From: Veleropilina oligotropha
Lineage: Eukaryota
Direction: 5' to 3'
DNA length: 64,000 nt
NCBI GenBank assembly: GCA_048128005.1
Contig: JBEUKZ010000062.1
Span: 310,001-374,000 of the forward strand
Shown here: positions 55,185-64,000 of the stretch, in pieces
Position numbering within the stretch: position 1 is the stretch's first letter
Layout: each line of letters opens with the position of its first letter
The notes under the pieces: model-generated
The model's input: only the letters and a program-made list of their open reading frames with translations
What the model was told of the DNA's origin: nothing
Databases searched by the model: none
Position numbers and translations under genes: made by a program

Positions 55185-56482
55185 GTATGCTGAATATATA
55201 TAGTGTATGATACAGTAATCGCGTTAGTGCTTATCGCCTCCATAACATATATAGAGTGGAAGCCCAGAGCAGTTATTCATCCGAAGTGGGCCAAAGGTTT
55301 GACACCATTTTTTAAGGAACCATCATCCACCTTCAATAAAAGGTTTTGCTGCCAGGTCTTGGCTGTGGCTTTCTACGAAACATCACCACCCGGGGGTGTC
55401 AAAATATGGCATTTATTTAACCGAGAGTTCCAAGGCCAGAAACTACATTAAATGTTGCCTTGGGGACCCCCCAGTATTAAATGACCAATGCCAGCAATTT
55501 TAAGTTTGGCTTTCCCACCGCCAGTGACCACTCCCCCCATAACACACCGTATGATACTAAACTATTTGGCATTTATTTATAGTCAAGAGGAAATACAGTT
55601 TGCATATTTAATACCTCTAAGAAGTCTAGTCAACATTTCTGGATGATAACAATACATTTAGGCGGCGGTAATTTGTTTGTCATTCGAAAACAAAGAGTAG
55701 CATATCGCTGAATTTACTATCAACTTTTGACAATCAACAGCCTGAAACCCCCTCTCCTGCACTCTGACAGGGCATAAGCGATATTTCATCCTAACTTATT
55801 ATGAACCACCGTCACTCAAATAGTACTAGTCAAATTTTTTATTTATTTTGTCATAATCGAATTGTCCGCGTGGGGGTCGAGGCCCCACGCGCAAGAAAAT
55901 TTGGACAATTAACGGTGTGACATCCCCCCTCCTGCATTATTACATTGCAATAGCTAATAGTAATACAATTCAACTTTAGTATTTTGGGGTAGGCCTATTT
56001 ATAATGTTATGAAAGTCATATGTATCAGATTAAACATATTATTTTAGTATGCATGACCAGCTTTAGGGGGGGGGGGGGCGCGCACCGGTGCGCCCCCCCC
56101 TGGATCCGCCCCTGATGAGAGTTCATAATTGATGAAATAACATAGTAAAGTACTCAGAACTGATAAATACGACGCGATCGGCCGCGCAGGAATATCGTGA
56201 CTGAAGCACGTGTGCACGCTGTCTGAGGCCCTGCGGGCCCAGAATCTGTATGGTGAGAAAGTAGCACTGCAAATGTAATGATATAAACACAGTTTATATG
56301 CATAAACAAAAATATAACTTACAAAAATATAACTTTAATCGTATAATATAATAGTGATGTTAATCGTATATAATTTTAAATTTAATCATATAATAGATGA
56401 TGAACACGCAAAATGCGTCTCCATCCTACTAAATATGTTACATAAATGTGTGTCAGTGGTCATACATAGTTGCCACGTAAAT

Positions 56483-56768
56483 GCGGCTCAGGAGCATGGT
56501 AGGTTGATAACTTTGTTTTACGACCACTTGGGCAATTTTTCAGCCTTAACGCAGTCGGGACACCCGGTTTAAGGTCTCACTGGATCTGATCTACATGAAT
56601 TAGGAAAATGCCATCTATTGTGTTAAGCGGTAGAATAAGCCCCCGCCGGGCCTCGAATCCGGGCCCTCCGGGCTGTTTCGGTTTCGTGCCTGACGAGCTA
56701 TATTCACTCACCCGCCGAAGCAGTTCTGTCGGTAGCCTGAGTTGTATTGTAAATTCATCTCAGCGGCA
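56483..56768 (-). mobile_element. Probable SINE, family B
   Basis: Flanking direct repeat atagttgccacg.aaat (56466 and 56769). B-box-like ggattcgaggccc on the minus strand. Confidence 0.6.
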
Positions 56769-56828
56769 ATAGTTGCCACGCAAATTCATCTCAGTGTCAT
56801 TATTTGTCTGGTAAATACGCCTGCCATA

Positions 56829-57464
56829 TTAAAATGACCATCCATAGATATATACATGATGCGTGATTCGTGTCAGTGTTCGCGCCAGTATCCGTGTCAG
56901 TGAAAAATCACGAACATAGTGAAAACGTGGAGAAGCATGCATCGATCCGTTCCGTGTGCGTGTAAGTATCCGTGAGGAATCGTTCTGGTAGCGATTTTTC
57001 ATGGACACGGAATCGTGTTTTGCAACCTGACATATACTGTATGGCCTCCTTTGATGTAATTCATAGCGAAAGTTTGTATTTGTATAAAAGAGGTACATGT
57101 CAGAAGTATTTTGCCAAATTAAAGAAACAATAATTTTGGCAGTGTTTGGTTGTTGTTTCGGGGCTAACAAACATAATGCCAAAACGCCGGGAAATATCTG
57201 TTATACTGACCAACCGAGAAATATGCAAGAACCGTATAGAACTGGTCAGACAAAACTATGCAATATATGTTCAAAGCTCCAACAACATTTATTTTTATTT
57301 ATTGGCATCATAAGGAGTTGAAAAATCGCTGGATTAATATGTATCCGAAGGAGTTTAAGAGTGTTTTCACGCATTATAACATATATGGATTTTCTCATCA
57401 CACATGTACGGACACTGACGCGGACACGGATCACGCATCACGTATTAATGGATGGCCACCTTTA
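56829..57464. mobile_element. MITE with imperfect TIRs
   Basis: Left end taaaatgaccatccat...tgatgcgtgattcgtgtc pairs with right end gacacggatcacgcatca...atggatggccaccttta. Subterminal ccgtgtc / gacacgg repeats. Confidence 0.7.
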
Positions 57465-57474
57465 GTTGTTTCAG

Positions 57475-57595
57475 CACAGCGTGGCCGTCGCACAGTAGGA
57501 GACCAGAACATTGCTATCGGCAACGACAACGGGTGTGATCAGCGCCATAACAGCGACTACTGCAACGGTCCATTGGAAGCAGGCACCGACTACAG
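57475..57595 (+). CDS. Host gene exon J: YCNGPL motif of the R3 RPTP membrane-proximal domain
   Basis: Boundaries ttgtttcag| and |gtatgg. 121 nt, phase 1-2. AQRGRRTVGDQNIAIGNDNGCDQRHNSDYCNGPLEAGTDY. Confidence 0.9.
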
Positions 57596-58183
57596 GTATG
57601 GAAAATCCGGATGCAGGGTCCATTTCAGATAGGGAAAACCCAGATGCGGAGACCGAATTCAGGCAGGAAAAACTGTATTCTGTGACGGAGTACGTTGTTG
57701 GGAAAACCCGGATGCAGGGACGGAATCTAAAGCAACAGCACCAAAGTATCGGGTCATGCTTTGCTCTGGTACTAATTATAGAGTAAGAATCATGATAGAA
57801 ATTATGCAATGCCCCTGTTAAGGAATACATTGTAGTGTACGCCAGGTAACGACACTATTTTAGCATATCTGTACTGTCTTAATTTTACTTTAAAAAGTAT
57901 CATATGCTTCAATTAAGAAAGTGTTATATTGGTTATAATAGTGGTGTTTCTTAAAACAATATAAGTTGTCGGACGACGTCGCGGTAAATACGGTGGATTT
58001 AATACCGAATAAAGTTAAACCACGAGGCGCTAGCAGAGTGGTTTAACGTTTTGAGATATTCAATCCAACGTATTTACCAAGACGTTTTTGGACAACGTAT
58101 TTATCTTGATTTCGTAACGTGAGGCTTGATTAACAGAGTCCCGATTTGGTTCATAACACTTGTTATGTTTAGGATCATAGCAG

Positions 58184-60440
58184 CTGACAGCTGGACTTAT
58201 AACGTCATGTAAAAGAAAAAATAAACTTTACAGACAGTTTTAAATAAGAAAACTGAGAAATCACTTACTAAATATAAAGCATACAGAAACAAGTTAAAAC
58301 ATCTAATACAAATTACCAAACGAAATTATTATGCTAATAAACTTGAAAACACAAAAGGGAACTTGAAAGAAACTTGGAAAATTATCAAATCCGTCATCAA
58401 TAAAAATAATTACTCGACACTACCTTCAGAATTTATACATAACAACAACAAAATTATAGGAGATACGAACATTGCCAAGCATTTTAATGATTATTTTACT
58501 AATATTGGACCACAGCTTGCAAAAAAAATCCCACCTGTCCAATATGATTTCAAAGAATACATGAGCGAAAATTATGCCAACTCTTTTTTCTTTATGCCAG
58601 TCGATGAGCCTGAGGTTTCAGCGATTATCTCAAACTTTAAAAACGATAAAAGCTGTGGCCATGACGGCATATCAGTAAATGTCATGAAGGCATCTTCCAA
58701 TTATATCTTGTCGCCACTTGTAAATATTCTAAATAAATCCTTCATATCTGGCATCGTTCCAGACTTGTTAAAAATAGCTAAGGTAACACCCATTTTTAAA
58801 AGTGACGACTCGTCTAAATTTACCAACTATAGACCAATATCAGTGCTCCCGTTATTTTCTAAACTATTTGAAAAAGCGACATATAATAGATTACTGAATT
58901 ATATTACTTCAAACAATATTCTTTATGAAAAACAATTCGGTTTTCGTCAAAACCACTCGACCTTTATGGCACTTGTTGAATTGATGGATGAAATTACACA
59001 AGCAAAAGATATGCAAGAATATACAATTGGGGTGTTTATAGATTTGTCAAAGGCATTCGACACAGTTAGTCACGAGATCCTCTTGAAGAAACTTTACCAT
59101 TATGGTATTCGCGGACTTGCTTTGGACTGGTTCAAAGACTACTTAACAAATAGAAAACAGTATGTGTCAGTGAACTCAGAAAAATCGTTACTAAATGACA
59201 TTTCATGTGGTGTGCCTCAGGGATCGATACTTGGTCCATTACTATTTATTTTATACGTTAATGATCTGGCAAATACATCTGCATTACTAATATTTATATT
59301 ATTTGCCGATGATACTAATATATTCTTCAGGCACAACAATTTTCTTTCAATGATGTCAATAATAAACGAAGAACTAAAAAAAGTCACACTCTGGTTTAAA
59401 GTAAATAAACTATCATTAAATGTAAAGAAGACAAGCTATATTATTTTCACTTCACCTACAAAACAATATCCTGATACATATTCCCTAACGATTGATGGAA
59501 TAATAATTGGCCAGGTAAATTCTGCAAAATTCCTCGGAGTAACTGTCGATGCAAACACCACATGGAATGCTCATATAAAAAGTATTGAATCAAAAGTTGC
59601 CAAAAATATTGGAATATTATTTAAATTAAAAAAGTCACTTCCAACAAGAATTTTGCCTATGATATATTCCACTTTAATATTACCATATTTCCAATATTGT
59701 GCAATTATTTGGGCAAGTACCTATAAGACAAAATTGCATAAGTTATTCTTATTGCAAAAACGTGCAATACGGGTAATATCTGCTGCTGGCTATTTGGAAC
59801 ATTCATTGCCTTTATTTAGAAATCTTAGGCAGTTAACAATTTATGATATACGTAAGTTTCAAATGGCTTCATTCATGTATAAATATCATCTAAATAAGTT
59901 ACCGAATGCCTTTTCAAATTTCTTTAGGACAAATTATGATATACATCACCATAACACAAGAAATAAAGATAAGTATTATACTGAAATCTGTCGCACCACA
60001 GCACGATATCACACAGTGAAATATCATGGCCCACGTATATGGAATAGTCTTGATTTGTCCCTTAGAAACTCACAATCACTATCACAATTCAGAACCCACT
60101 ACAAAAAGATTTTATTACATGGCTATCTACAGTGACATAATAATTTCATCATTATTGATTTTAATTTTTTTGTTTATATACCATATTTCCTTAAAAATAT
60201 AATTGCTAATAATATTTAAACACAGCTACACCTGGGTGGTCTACTAATAAGCCCTTTGGGTTTCAAAAGATCTCCCAGCCATGATCAATGTATGTACATA
60301 TCTTCTTAACTATACTATTATAAAACTTTAATACATATTATATTTCATATACAATAGTATACTGTATATTAGTCATATGCATAATATGTACAGACATTGT
60401 ATTAATTGGCAAAATAAATTTGATTTGATTTGATTGATTT
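58184..60440 (+). mobile_element. L2/CR1-group (Crack/Daphne-like) LINE, 5'-truncated
   Basis: Long RT ORF, 3'UTR hairpin, aataaa signal and (atttg)n tail. Possible 4-bp TSD gcag. Confidence 0.92.
58363..60135 (+). CDS. LINE ORF2 reverse transcriptase (endonuclease domain absent)
   Basis: NYRPISVLP, QFGFR, FIDLSKAFDTV, GVPQGSILGP, LFADDT, KFLGV. 590 codons uninterrupted. Confidence 0.92.
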   Translation: MKETWKIIKSVINKNNYSTLPSEFIHNNNKIIGDTNIAKHFNDYFTNIGPQLAKKIPPVQYDFKEYMSENYANSFFFMPVDEPEVSAIISNFKNDKSCGHDGISVNVMKASSNYILSPLVNILNKSFISGIVPDLLKIAKVTPIFKSDDSSKFTNYRPISVLPLFSKLFEKATYNRLLNYITSNNILYEKQFGFRQNHSTFMALVELMDEITQAKDMQEYTIGVFIDLSKAFDTVSHEILLKKLYHYGIRGLALDWFKDYLTNRKQYVSVNSEKSLLNDISCGVPQGSILGPLLFILYVNDLANTSALLIFILFADDTNIFFRHNNFLSMMSIINEELKKVTLWFKVNKLSLNVKKTSYIIFTSPTKQYPDTYSLTIDGIIIGQVNSAKFLGVTVDANTTWNAHIKSIESKVAKNIGILFKLKKSLPTRILPMIYSTLILPYFQYCAIIWASTYKTKLHKLFLLQKRAIRVISAAGYLEHSLPLFRNLRQLTIYDIRKFQMASFMYKYHLNKLPNAFSNFFRTNYDIHHHNTRNKDKYYTEICRTTARYHTVKYHGPRIWNSLDLSLRNSQSLSQFRTHYKKILLHGYLQ

Positions 60441-60699
60441 GCAGTAAGGCTGGTTTCAGTAAGACCGAGTTATTTCCCTTGACGGCCAGTTAGCCAATCA
60501 GAACAGAGGATTGGTGGCGAAAACAAGATAATAGTTCATCTCAAAAACGTTTGTGCAGAGCATGTTAAAATTGGAATATAGATGTGCTCTTAAACTGCTC
60601 TGTAAATGTATATTTTATAGTACTTTGTCCACTTAAATTGCTGCGTAAACTGCTATGTAAAATGTATCTTTTATAGTATTTTCCCAACTTAAATTGCAG

Positions 60700-60776
60700 C
60701 GTAAAGCTGTTCTCCTGTACTAGTGGTGGTTGCACCGAGACTGCATTTTATGGTCCATTTACGACAGAGGCAGGCC
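60700..60776 (+). CDS. Host gene exon K: end of the membrane-proximal domain
   Basis: Boundaries aaattgcag| and |gtaagt. 77 nt, phase 2-1. It continues exon J in frame: DY-SVKLFSCTSGGCTETAFYGPFTTEAG. Confidence 0.8.
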
Positions 60777-60891
60777 GTAAGTAACAATTATATTTATAAC
60801 ATTTGTGGATTTTAATGTCTGTTATTTGGGCCTTGTAACAGTCGCTAAATGCATGCGTTAGTTTAGTTTAACGCATGCCTCAAGAAATTCG

Positions 60892-61575
60892 TAAAGCATG
60901 ATTCTATTTGTGCGGTAACAGCAACGTTTAGAGCTGCGGCTACCAGTGCGTTTATGCTGCATTTGGAGTGATTCCAGTTATGCGTTAGCGTATGCGGTTA
61001 ACGTCTTTAAAGCTAGAAAATACATGAACGATGAGTGCGTGTTTTTACGTATATTTATTGATAAGTGGCATCAATATAATGCGTACACCGTTTACGCATA
61101 TACTATGGAAATAAAATGCATGTCAATACCTTTCACCTGTTCCTGTCCCATAGCCCTCGTTATACTTTCCCAAACATTGTATCTTCTGGGTATCTTGGTA
61201 ATCAACGTACTTCACATCAAATATGCAACTGTTTTGTTACTTCTACGCTTAATCCTTTGTGCGACATGGTTGTATGTTTGATTAAGATGATTAATCTCTA
61301 AAAAAGCAAAAATCCCAATATAATACAAATGTCAAGCAAATAATCATCGTAACACATACATGACCATCCAATTGCAAAACACGTAGAATCTGTTAGCGCA
61401 AATATATTCGGGTATTATCTAAAATTGCTCTTCGCAAGCGCCAACAGCTGTCCGTATACGATGGCTTTAGATAACCGCTAACCGCACCGACCAATGGAAT
61501 CGTTCTTTCATTAAACAGCTGTTTCGATTATACCGTTGTCGTTACCGTTTCCGCACTAATGGAGTCCCAGCTTTA
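60892..61575. mobile_element. Probable MITE
   Basis: Imperfect TIR taaagcatgattctatttgtgcggtaac versus gtttccgcactaatggagtcccagcttta. Confidence 0.5.
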
Positions 61576-63139
61576 ATTTTCCGGAGATGGGTATACGTTA
61601 ACCAATCGCTATACATGCGTTAGAGACACGCAAGCAAAGTGTAACTGGGAAGTTTTAATACATATACAATTCACCGAATTCACTCATTGGTCGTATACCT
61701 ATATGAGTAATGCGTTATGTTATGAGGTGGCATATCGATCCTTATTATTTTTTAACAAGAATGACCAGCAGCCGTCTAACCAACTTATTTTCATTTCTCA
61801 TCACAAACTATTGTCAATTATACAAACTGTTTATATTATCAAAGATTATGTTCATTATCTAATATCTTACCATTATATTTTATCATTATACTAAAATATA
61901 AAGAATATGAACCAATGTGTGAACAGGGCGTCGTATTTGGCATTAAGAGACAAAAATGCTGTTTTATCGTTGGTTGTGGAATGAATTGAGCTTCTAAACT
62001 TTAATGTCAATATAATGTCGGCACCTCAAGACGAAGAAGACAGCACAACATTAATACATGGTACGGAAAGTGCCGAAGTGAACGATACATTGTTTTGTGA
62101 AGAATTCTTAAAAAGTAACGTCGCTGAAGATGACCTATTATTAGATTGTATTCAGGACACAGTTTCGAGCTTTTCATTGACGGAAGCACATGCCTACTCG
62201 TCTGCAGTGGGTCCACGTGCCGTCAAATCATCCATGTTAACTATTACTTGGGGAGAGTAGTTACTACACAAGATTGTGGGAACATTATGGATTCTGAACA
62301 TACGCAAACAGTGCATAGCCGATAATTAAATAATTAATTAATTGATAGTTATATGATAAATTGAACGGTCTACGGAAATGGTAGAATGTGTAAAAAGTGG
62401 CGAGCCATGCATCTCTAAAAATGAAAAGCCCGATTGACGGAGGAATTAAGAGGGTCAAGCACTTGATACTGAAATGAACATTTTCAGATACTGTTTACCT
62501 GAGTAAAATAAGAAGGCTTGGGAGAAAATAGTTTCGGTTGTGAAAAGTGTTCATCCAGATGTTGTAAGAAGTCCTCTACCAAGACCAAGGATGGTAAAAG
62601 GAGAAAAGAAATAAAACAAACTGGGTTTGGGTGAGCTGATTTCAAGCTCTGTATGAGGTGGACGCCATTGCAGTTGGTGTGGTTTGTAACACATTGTTGA
62701 CACAGCCGTAGAGGAGATCCCCGGCGGGATTGATACGTTTGAATCAGAACCAAAACGCAACATCGATGCTACCATATGAATTAATGATAATGAGCTATCA
62801 GAGTCATATTTGAACTATGTTACTACTCATCCACAAAATATATGCATGTAATGTCAGATTCACTTCATCTAAGGGAAACATGCCGTCCACGTCCAACCCT
62901 CGATCAGTAAAAAACAAACTGTAAAATTTTAATCATTGAACAAGAAGGCTTGAAAGTTAAGAATAAGCGAATAGACGTTGATAAATACCGCCTGGACGTC
63001 GGAAACAAATTGAAATGCGTCTTCGTTTTCCCGACAAACATCCACGTTTTCATGACTTATCTGGAGATGCGTTTTTACTTTCAGTGGAAGTGTCCACTGA
63101 TCAAGCCACAAATGATAACTGCAATATTGTCACGTCCGA

Positions 63140-63638
63140 AGTAAAATCAAAATTAATCCGAATAACTGTTATCCAGATAACAGATAAAAAACCACGTAAC
63201 ATTATACCCGTTTACACGGGCTTACTCAATCCGGATAATTTGCACATGACCCGTATATTGCAAGTTATCCGGATAGAGAATAGCGCATGCGTAATTCAAT
63301 AGCAGCAACTCATAATGGCGGACAATCAGAATGGAAGGAGGTATATTTTTATTTTATCAATTTTTACACCATCGACCAATCTTCGCTATAGTTATACGCA
63401 TGCGCGTCCTTAATTAGATACCGGATTGATCGACGAACCGTTTACACGGGCAAATTCAATCCGGATAACGCAAAATACCGGATTAAAATCTACCTCAGTA
63501 GATGGATTCAAATCCAGAAAAATTAATCCGGATATTATGTACATGAACCGTTTATACGGCAAACAGTTATCCTGATGCATCTAGATAAGTAAATATCCGG
63601 ATTGAAATTGACTATTTTTGTCTTCGTGTAAATGGGGC
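63140..63638. mobile_element. Probable Harbinger-like MITE
   Basis: Repeated ccgtttacacg and aatccggat motifs. Right end cgtgtaaatggggc|taa. The left end is uncertain. Confidence 0.5.
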
Positions 63639-64000
63639 TAATGACGATAGTGACAAATAATTTGCTTGTTTGTGATTGTCATCTTTGACTTTTTTTACTC
63701 CGAAATATGTATTGGTATATATAGGTTATTCTTGAATTAAAATAGGCTTTATTTTCAATTGCGCTGCTTGTAATTTACGCCACATTGACATGTGATGTAT
63801 TAATGTGCTTACCATTTACTCAATGAGATACATATATGACAGACTAATGTTCTTCATTTTAATGCCACTGTGGCACAAAATAGAGGTTGATAACAAATGA
63901 TTTGTCGTAATGTGTACTTATATACTGGGAACTATATTTAAGGGAACTCTTCATTTAAGAAAACTGACCAGCTGTGTTACATTAGACACGGACCGACTAT

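Noticed and set aside
56112..56150. CTGATGAG...GAAA motif after a GC-rich MITE-like end
   Set aside because: There is no convincing stem II or stem III pairing.
58173..60490. Apparent host exon (RIIAA...CSKAGFSKTELF) split by the LINE insertion
   Set aside because: The flanks belong to a hairpin/IR repeat element (IR pair 58101/60518), and a better phase-compatible exon with proper splice sites exists at 60700-60776.
62015..63111. Short ORFs as further host exons (transmembrane or phosphatase domain)
   Set aside because: No hydrophobic transmembrane segment, PTP motif or matching splice sites were seen. They are probably decayed transposon sequence, which I could not classify.

Overview
AT-rich, repeat-dense animal genomic DNA, probably a marine invertebrate (inference from the repeat types). 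It is not prokaryotic. The + strand carries the middle part of one spliced host gene. I identified twelve phase-compatible exons between 16127 and 60776, encoding fibronectin type III (FN3) repeats followed by the membrane-proximal 'IG.D..C...YCNGPL..GT.Y' module typical of R3-type receptor protein tyrosine phosphatases. The signal peptide, transmembrane and phosphatase exons were not identified. The introns are packed with transposons: nested Helentron/HINE-like elements, Helitron fragments, tRNA-derived SINEs, CR1/L2/RTE LINE fragments, a Penelope-like (Naiad-type) retroelement, an Academ-like element containing a DD37D Tc1/mariner, a decayed BEL/Pao LTR retrotransposon, MITEs and long (TA)n tracts. 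The most unusual observations are: (1) a 79-bp tandem array of nine 3' splice acceptors in front of one exon, of which only the last keeps the reading frame open; (2) a second minisatellite built from the same exon; (3) a hammerhead-ribozyme fold with a non-canonical CCGCCGA core in both arms of the Penelope-like element; (4) a recent tandem duplication of an FN3 exon with mostly non-synonymous differences. Coordinates were counted by eye, and repeat ends may be off by a few bases.
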